Shown here piece after piece: positions 36,481-48,503 of a stretch of DNA of 64,000 bases. Within the stretch, counting starts at the first letter, position 1; each line of letters starts with the position of its first letter. This DNA is from an uncultured Candidatus Saccharibacteria bacterium (GTDB taxonomy: Bacteria; Patescibacteriota; Minisyncoccia; UBA6257; 2-01-FULL-56-20), in contig CAZAFA010000002.1 of the NCBI GenBank assembly GCA_964484655.1, forward strand, positions 24,130-88,129, given 5' to 3'. The notes beneath the pieces are model-generated. The model did not search any database, was not told where the DNA came from, and was given only the letters and a program-made list of their open reading frames with translations. The position numbers and the translations under genes were made by a program.

Positions 36481-37374
36481 ATGAACCGGCGCGCCGCCCT
36501 CGGCATCCTCGCGGGAGTCCTGCTCGCCGTGCCGGCCCACGCCGCGATCCTCGGCCTCCCGGACCGACCGGCGGGCTTCGTCACGGACCAGGCGGGACTC
36601 CTTACGGACGAGCAGCGCGCCTCGCTCGAGAGCACGCTCCGCTCCTTCAACGCGAGCACGAGCATCGAGATCGCCGTCGTCACGGTCCCCTCGCTCCAGG
36701 GCGGCGACATAGACGACTCCGCCGTGAAGCTCTTCGAGCAGTGGGCCATCGGGCAGAGCGAGACGGACCAGGGCGTCCTCTTCCTCGTCGCCAAGGAGGA
36801 CCGCGCGGCCCGCATCGAGGTCGGGTACGGCCTCGAGGGCGCGCTCACGGACGCGCAGGCCGGGCAGGTCCTCCGCCAGGACGTCTTCCCCGCCTTCCGC
36901 GAGGAACGATACGGGGACGGCATCCTGGCCGGCGTGGAGCGCATCATGCGCGTCACCCAGGGCGAGACACTCCCCGTCGAGGAGCAGGAGGCTGCGGATG
37001 CCGGCGGATGGCTCCCCTACGTCCTCTTCGGCGCGTTCTTCCTCTTCCAGGCTCTCGTGGCCGTCATGCGAAGCTCCAAGTCCTGGTGGCTCGGCGGCGT
37101 CCTCGGCGGCGTCGCGGGCCTAGCCGTGACGGCGTTGCACCTGTTCGGCATCGGCACCGTCGCCGGCCTTATCCTCACCGGCATCCTCGCGCTCGCAGGC
37201 CTTGTCCTGGACTTCGTGGTCTCCAAGTTCCCGATCCGGCCGGGAGGCGGGCACGGCGGGCCGTGGATCGGCCCCATGGGCGGCTTCGGAGGAGGAGGAG
37301 GAGGAGGCAGCGGAGGCTTCGGCGGGTTCGGCGGCGGGAGCAGCGGAGGCGGAGGCGCGAGCGGCCGCTGGTAG
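36481..37374 (+). CDS. TPM-domain (YgcG-like) protein with Gly-rich tail
   Basis: Signal/TM then FVTDQAGLLTDEQRASLESTLRSFNASTSIEIAVVTV. TM helices and a GGFGGGGGGGSGGFGGFGGG tail. Confidence 0.75.
   Translation: MNRRAALGILAGVLLAVPAHAAILGLPDRPAGFVTDQAGLLTDEQRASLESTLRSFNASTSIEIAVVTVPSLQGGDIDDSAVKLFEQWAIGQSETDQGVLFLVAKEDRAARIEVGYGLEGALTDAQAGQVLRQDVFPAFREERYGDGILAGVERIMRVTQGETLPVEEQEAADAGGWLPYVLFGAFFLFQALVAVMRSSKSWWLGGVLGGVAGLAVTALHLFGIGTVAGLILTGILALAGLVLDFVVSKFPIRPGGGHGGPWIGPMGGFGGGGGGGSGGFGGFGGGSSGGGGASGRW
37261..37374 (+). repeat. low-complexity GGN-rich coding repeat (Gly-rich tail of TPM protein)
   Basis: GGAGGAGGAGGAGGAGGC and GGCGG repeats read directly. Confidence 0.6.
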
Positions 37375-37450
37375 CGGGACCGGGACGGCGGTACGATTGG
37401 CCTTAGATTCGGAAAACCGAATATCCCTGGAATGCGGAGGAAAGGAACCA

Positions 37451-38233
37451 ATGTTCAAGATGGACGACGTGGACGTCTATTCGGAACGGGGCGTGGAAGC
37501 GCTCATGGACCGCATAGACGCGCACCTGGAGAAGCTCGATCCCAAGAAGAGGAACCCGTACAAGTTCCTGATGAAGGCGCTCCGCGGCCGCTGCTCCGAG
37601 CCCGAGGTCGGCGTCTTCCTCGAGCTCTTCGGCATAGACCGCATCGCGTACTGGCAGGACCTCACGCCTGAGGAATTCTGCGAGACGGTGCCGCAGCTGA
37701 TGCCCGAGGACCTGGAGCTCGTGAAGAGGGCGCCGGAGCATCTGGCGAGCTGCCGCAAATGCCTCGCCGAGTCGTACCGCTACGCGCGCTTCATCGGCGA
37801 GCACCTGGTCATCGTGCACACGATGGCCGCGGACGGCCTGCAGGCGTACCTGGACGCGGGACCGCTCTCGGCTGAGGAGACCATGCGCTTCCATGCCGAG
37901 CTGACGGCGGTGGCGTACACGTACCTGGTCTCGGTGGACCGCATGCGGCAGCGCGAGGACATGCTCGCGGCGCTGCGGGCGATCCCCTGCACGAAGCCGA
38001 GCCTGGCGAAGCGCTTCGAGGCGCGCGGCATCATCAACACGTGCGAACGCCTGCTGATGAGCGATCACGCCCTGGCGCGGGAATCCCGCAGGCGGCATCT
38101 GCCGGAGGAGAAGCGGTACGCGCGCCTCAGCGCGATGTCCGCCCACCTGAAGGAGTGCGGGCGCTGCGCGGCGCAGTACGAGTACGAGAAGCGCGAGGAG
38201 CGATACCAGCAGAAGGTGTACGGACTGCTGTAA
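37451..38233 (+). CDS. hypothetical protein
   Basis: ATG preceded by GGAGGAAAGGAACCA. The track ORF start at 37202 overlaps the TPM gene in another frame. Confidence 0.5.
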   Translation: MFKMDDVDVYSERGVEALMDRIDAHLEKLDPKKRNPYKFLMKALRGRCSEPEVGVFLELFGIDRIAYWQDLTPEEFCETVPQLMPEDLELVKRAPEHLASCRKCLAESYRYARFIGEHLVIVHTMAADGLQAYLDAGPLSAEETMRFHAELTAVAYTYLVSVDRMRQREDMLAALRAIPCTKPSLAKRFEARGIINTCERLLMSDHALARESRRRHLPEEKRYARLSAMSAHLKECGRCAAQYEYEKREERYQQKVYGLL

Positions 38234-38237
38234 AGAG

Positions 38238-38264
38238 GAAGCCCGCCGAGATGGCGGGCTTTCC
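38238..38264. terminator. terminator hairpin
   Basis: GAAGCCCGCC-GAGATG-GCGGGCTTTC. Confidence 0.5.
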
Positions 38265-38295
38265 GTATGAAAACAGGACAGGAAAAGGGTCCCGG

Positions 38296-38601
38296 CTAGG
38301 CGTACGCGGCACGCGCGTGCGAGTTGCTCAGGCACGCCTGGGCGAACGGCAGATACGCAGGTGTCTTCTGCGCGGTCTCCTCGATCGCGGAGGCGAGAAT
38401 GGCAAGCCGGTGCTCCGGCTCGATGGACTGCAGCTCGAACTGATTCACGGCGTTGACCACGTCGGTGACGAATTCAATGCGGTGCTTCTGTTCGGCGATC
38501 TTCTCGCTCAGATGCAGGACTAGGGGGCGGAGCATGGCTCCTTTGGCTATGGCGCCGCCTTGCAGGCGGACGACCAGGTCGTTATTGAGCGGGTTGCTCA
38601 T
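38296..38601 (-). CDS. hypothetical protein
   Basis: 101-aa ORF with a good coding-frame GC3 bias. Confidence 0.4.
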   Translation of the reverse strand: MSNPLNNDLVVRLQGGAIAKGAMLRPLVLHLSEKIAEQKHRIEFVTDVVNAVNQFELQSIEPEHRLAILASAIEETAQKTPAYLPFAQACLSNSHARAAYA

Positions 38602-38682
38602 GGGCTTATTCTCCTTTCAAGGGGTTTAGGGGAGCTGGGAGCCACGGTACCCCTCAGGGACGGAGCCGTCAACCGCGACCGG

Positions 38683-39449
<767 letters not shown>

Positions 39450-39453
<4 letters not shown>

Positions 39454-39989
39454 GCGTCCTTCGAGTATACCCGCCGCCCGAAGAGCGCGCGCCAGTTATC
39501 CGCGATGAGCGCCGCGACGAGTCCGACGACGACGCCCCCGACGAGGTCCGCCGGCCAGTGCACGCCCGCGAGCACGCGCGCGACGCCCACCACCAGCGCG
39601 CCCGCGAGGAGCGCGGCGCCCGTCACGGGTCGGAACTTCCACGTCGCGAACGCGAGCGCCGCGAGCACCGCCACGTGCGAGGACGGGAAGGAGAGCTCGT
39701 GGACGGGCGCGATGTACGGGTCGAAGCCGAGCCGCTGGAACGGGCGGAGCGTCTGGACGAAGAGCCGGACGAGCGGCACGAGGACGAAGCGGGCCACGAG
39801 GACCGCGCCGAGGAGGCGGTACAGGTGGTGCACGAACTGGCGCGGATGCATCCAGAAACGCGCGACCCCCGCCAGGACGGCGAGGGCGACGAGCAGGTAC
39901 GGGAGCCAGACGGCGGCGGCGTTGAGACCGGTCAGGTACCCGTCCGCGACGGGCTCACCCCAGGGAATCGAGGCGAGGAATCCGGTCAC
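39450..39989 (-). CDS. PAP2-family phosphatase (membrane)
   Basis: SFPSSHVA...GVHWPADLVGG PAP2 motifs. Confidence 0.75.
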
Positions 39990-39999
39990 GGCAGGGAGC

Positions 40000-40210
40000 T
40001 CAGCGGGTGACGAACGGCAGGAGCGCCATGTGGCGCGCCAGCTTGATCGCCTTCGCGAGCCGGCGCTGGTGGCTGGCGCAGGTGCGGGTGTGCATCGGGT
40101 CGATGATCTTCGCCTGGCTCGAGACGAACCGGCTGATCATGTCCACGTCCTTGTAATCGATCGTGTCGATGTTCTGGGAGCAGAAAAAGCACTGCTGGTT
40201 GGTATTGCGC
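40000..40210 (-). CDS. rpsR: 30S ribosomal protein S18
   Basis: CFFCSQNIDTIDYKD...ASHQRRLAKAIKLARHMALLPF. The start is the internal ATG. The track ORF extends into nusG. Confidence 0.85.
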
Positions 40211-40228
40211 ATAGAAATGGTGGTGGGA

Positions 40229-40780
40229 TTAAAGCTTCTTGACCTGGAGCGAGTCAAGCTCGACCACGGTGTCGCGGCCGAAGATGGGCACGGTGACCTT
40301 GACGCGGCCCTTCTCGGAATCGACCTCCGAGACCTTGCCGTCGTAGTCCTTGAACGGCCCGTCCATGACGCGGACGAGGTCGCCCTGGGTGAGGTCCACG
40401 TGGAAGGTGCTCTCCTCGCGGCCCATGCGGCCCAGCAGGTTCTCCACCTCCTCGGCGGCGAGCGGCGTCGGGGTCGTGTTGTCCGAGCCGACGAAGCCCG
40501 TCACGCGCGGCGTGTTGCGCACGACGTACCAGGAGTCCTCGGTGAGGACCATGTCCACGAGCACGTAGCCCGGGTAGATCTTCTCCTCGACCGTGGAGCG
40601 GCGGCCGTTCTTCACGCGCACCTGCTTCTCGGTCGGGACGACGACGTTGAAGATCACGTCGCCCATGGACAGCGACTCGACGCGCTGCTTGAGGTACCGC
40701 GCCACCGCCTCCTCGTAGCCGGAGTAGGTGTGGATCGCGTACCAGTTGCGGAGGCCCTTGTGCTCGGGAGGAAGCGCCAT
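40229..40780 (-). CDS. nusG: transcription antitermination factor NusG
   Basis: NWYAIHTYSGYEE NGN domain and a C-terminal KOW (GDLVRVMDGPFKDYDGKV). Confidence 0.9.
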   Translation of the reverse strand: MALPPEHKGLRNWYAIHTYSGYEEAVARYLKQRVESLSMGDVIFNVVVPTEKQVRVKNGRRSTVEEKIYPGYVLVDMVLTEDSWYVVRNTPRVTGFVGSDNTTPTPLAAEEVENLLGRMGREESTFHVDLTQGDLVRVMDGPFKDYDGKVSEVDSEKGRVKVTVPIFGRDTVVELDSLQVKKL

Positions 40781-40782
40781 GA

Positions 40783-40968
40783 CTAGGAGATGATGAGCTT
40801 GCGGATCGCCTCGCCGAAGACGTAGTCGAGGCCGCCGAGGAACGCAGCGAAGATCGCCGAGTAGATCACGACCGCGAGCGTGAGCCGGAAGGCGGTCTGC
40901 CGGTCCGGCCAGGTGATCTTGCTGAATTCGCCGCGGATGTCGCGGAAGTAGTTGATGATGCTGCGCAT
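40783..40968 (-). CDS. secE: preprotein translocase subunit SecE
   Basis: 61 aa. EFSKITWPDRQT followed by a single TM. Lies directly upstream of nusG. Confidence 0.8.
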   Translation of the reverse strand: MRSIINYFRDIRGEFSKITWPDRQTAFRLTLAVVIYSAIFAAFLGGLDYVFGEAIRKLIIS

Positions 40969-41094
40969 TGGGTGTGTCGCCTATAGAAAAACCCCGTCCG
41001 GGGCAGTGGCTGAAGTATGCCGTAATTGCGGGAAAAGCGTCAAGGAGGGCGGAAAATCAATCGGCTCCCGGGGAGCGGGAGCCGATAGCTGAGG

Positions 41095-41484
41095 TCATGA
41101 GACCTGTTGAATCTGGAATTTCTTGCCGGTGAAGCCCAGGCGGAGGGTGCCTTTGCGGCTGCGGAAATCGAAATATCCGCGGATGCCTTTGTCGGACTTC
41201 AGCGTCTCGAGCATCTGCATGAGCCGCGACGAGCTGTTCACCTTGATGCCGATCCGCTGCCGGTGGAAGTAGGCGCGGAAGTTGTAGCTCTCGCCGCCCC
41301 CGTCCTCGCGGCCCATCTCTTCGATGAACACCGCTATCGCGCAGGTCGCCTCGCCGTCCCGCAGGTGCAGGACGACCGGGATGCGTTCGCCGTTGCCACC
41401 GCTGAACAGGGATACCGAAGCGTCGAACTTGCTCGGTCCGTTGAATATGTTGAAAACCTCTTCTTTCGTCTGTTGTGTAGTCAT
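41095..41484 (-). CDS. hypothetical protein
   Basis: ATG preceded by AAGGAGGTAG. Lower GC than background. Confidence 0.4.
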   Translation of the reverse strand: MTTQQTKEEVFNIFNGPSKFDASVSLFSGGNGERIPVVLHLRDGEATCAIAVFIEEMGREDGGGESYNFRAYFHRQRIGIKVNSSSRLMQMLETLKSDKGIRGYFDFRSRKGTLRLGFTGKKFQIQQVS

Positions 41485-41680
41485 ACGACTACCTCCTTTT
41501 TTAAGATGCTCCGTGGAGCGATCGCACATACGTGCGACTGGATAGAATATAACATAATTCGACAGTTTTGTCGACCTTTATAGGTGGGATGATTGATAAT
41601 AAGAATGAATATAGAGGCAAATTATCAATTTTATTGACTTTTTATGATAATTTTATACAGTTTGTGCTATGCCTTAGGGC

Positions 41681-42580
41681 ATGGCATTCATGGCTACCCC
41701 CCGGCTCAAGGAACGCATTAAGGAGCTCAAGGCGCGCTACGAGCAGCTGCGCGCTGGCAAGGCGTCCCTGTTGCGCATGCTCGACGAGAGCGAGATTCCC
41801 GAGGCGGTATATAACTCGAACGCCATCGAGAACTCGACGCTGACGCTCCAGGAGACCGCGGAGATCCTCGACGACCGGAATATCGGACGCAAGGTCGACG
41901 TGCGCGAGATCTACGAGACGCGCAATCTCGCGAAGGTCATCGAGCGCCTGCACGCGCAGGACGCGTTGCCCCGGCTCGAAGAGCAGGGAATCCTCGACCT
42001 CCATCACATGCTCCTGGCAGGTATCGACGACGGCATCGCCGGCAGGTTCCGCGGTCCGGGCGAGTACGTGCGCGTGGGGACGCACGTCGCCCCTCCTCCC
42101 GAGCAAGTGCCGGAGCTCGTCCGGAACATGATCCTCGATTACGAGAGCGACCTGGACGGGTACTTCCTCGAGAAGATCGCTGCGTTCCATCTCGACTTCG
42201 AGACGATCCATCCGTTCAACGACGGGAACGGCCGCATCGGCCGCGTGCTGGTCAACTATCAGCTGCAGCAGCTCGGCCTGCCGAGCGTCATCGTCCGGAA
42301 CCGTACCAAGCAGGCGTACTACGACACCTTTGCCGCATACAAGAAGAACGGGAACGTCCGCGGGCTCGAGGAGATCCTGGCGCTCGGTCTCATGGAATCG
42401 CTCAACCGGCGCATCGCGTACCTGCGCGGCGCCCGGCTCACGAAACTCAGCGAGTTCGCCGCGGCGCGGAGGCTGGCGCCCGCGAAGATAACGACGCTCG
42501 CGCGCCGCCAGCATATCCCCGCGTTCCGCGAGAACGGCGTCTGGCATATCCCTGAGGACTACGAGTACGCCAGGGACTAG
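41681..42580 (+). CDS. Fic-family protein, class II (N-terminal autoinhibitory SxxxEN motif)
   Basis: HPFNDGNGRIGR Fic motif. SNAIEN matches [ST]xxxE[GN]. Preceded by a ~150-bp AT-rich segment. Confidence 0.85.
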   Translation: MAFMATPRLKERIKELKARYEQLRAGKASLLRMLDESEIPEAVYNSNAIENSTLTLQETAEILDDRNIGRKVDVREIYETRNLAKVIERLHAQDALPRLEEQGILDLHHMLLAGIDDGIAGRFRGPGEYVRVGTHVAPPPEQVPELVRNMILDYESDLDGYFLEKIAAFHLDFETIHPFNDGNGRIGRVLVNYQLQQLGLPSVIVRNRTKQAYYDTFAAYKKNGNVRGLEEILALGLMESLNRRIAYLRGARLTKLSEFAAARRLAPAKITTLARRQHIPAFRENGVWHIPEDYEYARD

Positions 42581-42663
42581 GCATCGGAAGGCGCGCCTTG
42601 GCAAGCCTCGTCCGGACGACTATCCTCGTCCGGCACTCTTGAGAACGAGGAGGACAGGAACGC

Positions 42664-42939
42664 ATGACCGTCATCGCGTACGACCCCTCCATGACCGACG
42701 AGGACCTGCTCGCGGGCAGGTTCGTGGCGCAGGCGAACTACGTGCGGGTCGAGCCGAACGTCTCGGTGCGGCTGTACGCGCACGTCCCCTTCCGCATCAG
42801 GCGGAACGAGGGCTGCACGGACGCCTGCTTCGAGGACGCCCCGTTCGTCCCGGTGCGGATCAGCCTGGAACAGGCGCGGTTCGCGCTCGCGCGCGGCTCC
42901 GTGGTCATGGTCGGATCGCAAGCAGAAGCCGCCCCGTAG
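42664..42939 (+). CDS. hypothetical small protein
   Basis: 91-aa ORF preceded by GAGGAGGACAGG. Confidence 0.35.
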   Translation: MTVIAYDPSMTDEDLLAGRFVAQANYVRVEPNVSVRLYAHVPFRIRRNEGCTDACFEDAPFVPVRISLEQARFALARGSVVMVGSQAEAAP

Positions 42940-42969
42940 GGCGGCTTTCGCGCATGCAGGGCGCGGACG

Positions 42970-45012
<2,043 letters not shown>

Positions 45013-45137
45013 TCTAGCCGACTCGGAGAGGCCCGGAAAGCCGCGGAATCATTGACATTTCATGATTTTTCTGATTTCCTTAGTCCCGGTTCCGCGCTTC
45101 GCGCGGGAAAAACTTGATGAGAAAGGAGACGAAGTAG

Positions 45138-45545
45138 ATGAATAACAAGGAGCCGAAAGGCACGTCATACGACGACATAACGGACCGCGACGGGTACCTC
45201 CTGTGCACGTCCCGCTTCGACGGCAACGATGACCACTGGAAGTTCCTCCGGTACGGCCTGCGCGCCGAGGCGGAGAGCGGCAAGACGCTCGAGGACGTGA
45301 TCGTGGAGAACCCGTATGAGAACATACGGAGCATCTGCGAGGGCATGATCGCCCGCGGCGTCACGCTCGCGGCATTGCTCGCGTTCGACGCGGAGCATCT
45401 CGCGCACTGTCACCCGTGCATCGCGACGCGGAGCCGGAACGGCGAGACGGAGCTCCCGCCGCTGCTGGCAACGCTGGCGATCGCCCCGGACCCGTTCCGG
45501 ACCCGCGAGCGCGTGATGCGCGACATAGCCGGCATCCAGTGCTGA
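45138..45545 (+). CDS. hypothetical protein
   Basis: RBS AAAGGAGACGAAG. Confidence 0.4.
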   Translation: MNNKEPKGTSYDDITDRDGYLLCTSRFDGNDDHWKFLRYGLRAEAESGKTLEDVIVENPYENIRSICEGMIARGVTLAALLAFDAEHLAHCHPCIATRSRNGETELPPLLATLAIAPDPFRTRERVMRDIAGIQC

Positions 45546-45557
45546 CGACAACAAGAT

Positions 45558-45582
45558 GAAAAGCCCCCTCGGGGGCTTTTCT
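45558..45582 (+). terminator. rho-independent terminator
   Basis: AAAAGCCCCC-TC-GGGGGCTTTTC. Confidence 0.7.
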
Positions 45583-45604
45583 CATAGCCTGGTATACTGG
45601 CCCC

Positions 45605-45991
45605 ATGGATATCACCGCTATTCTCCTCGCCGCCGCTGCCTCGTTTGTGATCGGCGCGGTCTGGTACGCGTTCCTCTTCGCGAAGCCGTACCGCCGGCTC
45701 ATGGGCATCCCCGAGGGGGCCTCGATGAAAGGCATGGGCAGGACGATGGCTCTCGGCTTCGTCCTCGACCTCGTCCGCGCGTACGTCCTCATCCAGGTCG
45801 TCGCGGCGATGGGCGCCTTCTCCGTGGCCACCGGCGCGGAGGCGGGCTTCTGGGTCTGGCTCGGCTTCGTGCTCACCACGTACGCCGGCGCCGTCGTGTA
45901 CGAGAAGCGCTCGATCCCCCTCGCGGCGATCAACGCCGGGTACTACCTCGTCGCGTACCTGGTCATGGGCGCGATCGTCGCGGTCTGGTAG
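45605..45991 (+). CDS. DUF1761-like membrane protein
   Basis: Four TM helices. AVWYAFLFAKPY N-terminus is typical of that family. Confidence 0.4.
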   Translation: MDITAILLAAAASFVIGAVWYAFLFAKPYRRLMGIPEGASMKGMGRTMALGFVLDLVRAYVLIQVVAAMGAFSVATGAEAGFWVWLGFVLTTYAGAVVYEKRSIPLAAINAGYYLVAYLVMGAIVAVW

Positions 45992-46006
45992 CGGAGTCTC
46001 CGAAAT

Positions 46007-46039
46007 AAAAGAGGGCGGTCATGGACCGCCCTTCTTTTC
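46007..46039 (+). terminator. rho-independent terminator
   Basis: AGAGGGCGGTC-ATG-GACCGCCCTTCT followed by TTTC. Confidence 0.65.
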
Positions 46040-46217
46040 GTGGCGCTGACGCCTGTCGGTGCGGAAGCACCGTCATCACGCCACGCGGACGCACGCATCT
46101 GACCGGACGGAGTCCGGAACCCCTTGTTCGCGTGCGCTTCCCTTGACCCAGATTGGCACCGAGCTGTCCGCATGGTGCGGAACGGGAAAGCGGCTGTCAA
46201 ATGCGTATACTCCGGGC

Positions 46218-47039
46218 ATGCCGCTCCCCCGCAAGAGCTCGCGCGACGCCTTCATCCGCGACGTCCGCCAGGCCTACGCGGAGCACGGCCGCCACGACCT
46301 CCCCTGGCGGAAGACGCGCGACCCGTACCGCATCCTCGTCTCCGAGGTGATGCTCCAGCAGACGCAGGTGGAACGCGTCCGCGGCTTCTACGATCGCTTC
46401 CTGGAGCGCTTCCCGGACGTCGCGGCGCTCGCGGCCGCGCCGGCGTCCGCCGCGATCGCGGCCTGGCAGGGGCTCGGGTACAACCGCCGAGCGCTCGCGC
46501 TCCGGCGCGCGGCGCGGGAGATCGTCGCGCGGCACGGCGGCAAGGTCCCGCGCGCGTACGCGGACCTCGTCGCGCTCCCCGGCATCGGACCGTACACGGC
46601 GGGCGCGGTGCGCGCGTTCGCCTGGAACGAGCCCGGCGCCTTCCTCGAGACGAACGTCCGCGCCGCCTACCTGGATCGCTTCTTCCCCGACGCGGAGCGC
46701 GTGCCCGACCGCGACCTGCTGCCCGTCGTCGAGGCGACGCTCGACCGCGAGGACCCGCGGACCTGGTACTGGGCGCTCATGGACTACGGCGCGCGTCTCA
46801 AGGCGACCAAGGGCAACGCCACGCGGCGCTCCGCGACGTACGCGCGCCAGAGCCGCTTCGCCGGCTCGGACCGCCAGCTGCGCGGCCGGATCCTCCGCAT
46901 GCTCGCGAACCGGACCCGGACTGCCGCCGAGCTCGCCGCGCTCGACCCGGATCCCGCGCGCCTCGCGCGCATCCTCGGCGACCTGGAGCGGGAGGGGTTC
47001 GTGACGCTCCGGCGCGGCAGGTACCGCCTCGCGGACTAG
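46218..47039 (+). CDS. HhH-GPD base-excision glycosylase (MutY/Nth-like) without a C-terminal Cys4 cluster
   Basis: YRILVSEVMLQQTQV...WQGLGYNRRA...LPGIGPYTAGAV. The C-terminus has no CX6CX2CX5C. Confidence 0.7.
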   Translation: MPLPRKSSRDAFIRDVRQAYAEHGRHDLPWRKTRDPYRILVSEVMLQQTQVERVRGFYDRFLERFPDVAALAAAPASAAIAAWQGLGYNRRALALRRAAREIVARHGGKVPRAYADLVALPGIGPYTAGAVRAFAWNEPGAFLETNVRAAYLDRFFPDAERVPDRDLLPVVEATLDREDPRTWYWALMDYGARLKATKGNATRRSATYARQSRFAGSDRQLRGRILRMLANRTRTAAELAALDPDPARLARILGDLEREGFVTLRRGRYRLAD

Positions 47040-47290
47040 GTTGCCAGCGCCGCGGAGGGGCGTATCATGATGCTTGTCTTCCCGCGAGGACGCAGTTCGA
47101 AAAAAGAATAAGGAGCAGATAACCCATGAGAAGATTCCCGTCGCACAACTACGCACCCGCATGCCGGCGCTCCGCCGACAACTTCGCTTACAAGCGGACT
47201 CACCGGAGCCTGGTGCGGGCGCGCGCGACACGCATCTGCCGATGCGCCTCTTAATGCAGCGAGACCCCCGTACGGGGGTCTCAGCTTTTT

Positions 47291-47674
47291 TCAGCGCGGG
47301 GAGAGCCGCGAGAGCACGCCGGCCGCGAGCAGCGCGACGAGCAGGACCGCCGCGGAGAGCGCGGCGATGCCGTGCACGCGCGGCAGGTGCCGCCATCCGG
47401 TCGCGTTGCGGCGCAGCGCGATGCCGGACCAGACCGCCGTCCCGAAGGACGGGAGGAACAGGCCGGTCAGGGCGAGATGCACCGGGTACAGCGCGCCGTG
47501 CGGCTCGTCGTACTGGACGTAGCCGCGATAGAGCACGGCGCCGAGCACCAGTGCGGCGCAGGCGCCCGCGGCGATGCCTGCGGCGACGTGGCGCGGGCTC
47601 CCCTTGCGGTTCGCCAGCTGATAGGCGAACAGCGCGACGAGCGCAAGGCTCAGCGCGCGTATGACCATGTCCAT
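47291..47674 (-). CDS. membrane protein, hypothetical
   Basis: Four TM helices. Confidence 0.35.
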   Translation of the reverse strand: MDMVIRALSLALVALFAYQLANRKGSPRHVAAGIAAGACAALVLGAVLYRGYVQYDEPHGALYPVHLALTGLFLPSFGTAVWSGIALRRNATGWRHLPRVHGIAALSAAVLLVALLAAGVLSRLSPR

Positions 47675-47749
47675 GATCAGGACCTCCTTATTACGTGATC
47701 GGTAAAGCTCTGCTCCTTATCCCTGACGCGCTGGTCCGCGTCAAGCGGG

Positions 47750-48502
47750 TTAGAAGATGCCGGCCTGGTTCCGCGGGATCGTCACCTTCTGCTCGCCCGC
47801 CGCGCCGGGCGCCACCTGGTACCGCGGGAAGTACACCGTGACCGCGTCGTCGGTGAAGGTGTACCACTGGTAGTTGTCCTCGTTAGGCGCGGTGCCGCTG
47901 TCGAGGAACTCCGCCGAGGTGTTCTCGCCGAGCATGCTGCCGAGGACGTTGCGCGCGTAGTCGGCGATCCCCTGCAGCGAACCGCGTGGGAAGAGATCGA
48001 GGAGCGCGACCGGGCGTCCCGTCTCGAGGTTCCAGTTGAAGGACCGCAGCTCGTCGCGGCCGTGCGCGCCGCCCTCGAAGGCGTAGACGTGCAGGATGAA
48101 GCTCGCGTACTCGCGATTGAGCTGCGCGTGCTCCCAGGTGACGTAGAGCGCGTACTGGACCGGCGACGCGCCGGTCTCGCCGCGCGCCTCCGCGTCCGCG
48201 GCGACGGTCTTCGCGAACTCCCGCTCCGTCTCGTCGACGAAGGACTCCACCCGGCGCGTCAGCTCCGGCGATGACGGGAAGCGCGGGTACTCGATGCTCA
48301 CCTTCTGCTGGTCCGTCGAGCTCGCGCGCGTCACGACCTCGACCGCGAGTCCGGCGGAATCGGTGGACGTCGCCGACGGCGCGGGCCCGCCTGCCGGGCC
48401 TCGCGAGACGGACTGCCAGCGCCCGATGACGGCGAAGCCGACGATCAGCACGAGCGCGGCCGCGGCGAGCGATGCGTAGAGGGGCTTCTTCTCGGCCTGC
48501 AT
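47750..48502 (-). CDS. DUF3298/DUF4163-like (RsiV-type) extracytoplasmic protein
   Basis: N-terminal TM, then the SFILHVYAFEGGAHG motif typical of that family. Confidence 0.5.
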   Translation of the reverse strand: MQAEKKPLYASLAAAALVLIVGFAVIGRWQSVSRGPAGGPAPSATSTDSAGLAVEVVTRASSTDQQKVSIEYPRFPSSPELTRRVESFVDETEREFAKTVAADAEARGETGASPVQYALYVTWEHAQLNREYASFILHVYAFEGGAHGRDELRSFNWNLETGRPVALLDLFPRGSLQGIADYARNVLGSMLGENTSAEFLDSGTAPNEDNYQWYTFTDDAVTVYFPRYQVAPGAAGEQKVTIPRNQAGIF

Positions 48503-48503
48503 G

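Noticed and set aside
37261-37374. Possible CRISPR or tandem repeat from GGAGGAGGAGG runs
   Set aside because: It is coding low-complexity Gly-rich tail. No spacer-repeat periodicity, and no cas genes anywhere in the window.
36741-37406. 221-aa plus-strand ORF, alternative frame
   Set aside because: It overlaps the TPM gene in another frame. TPM motif and TM helices are in the 36481 frame.
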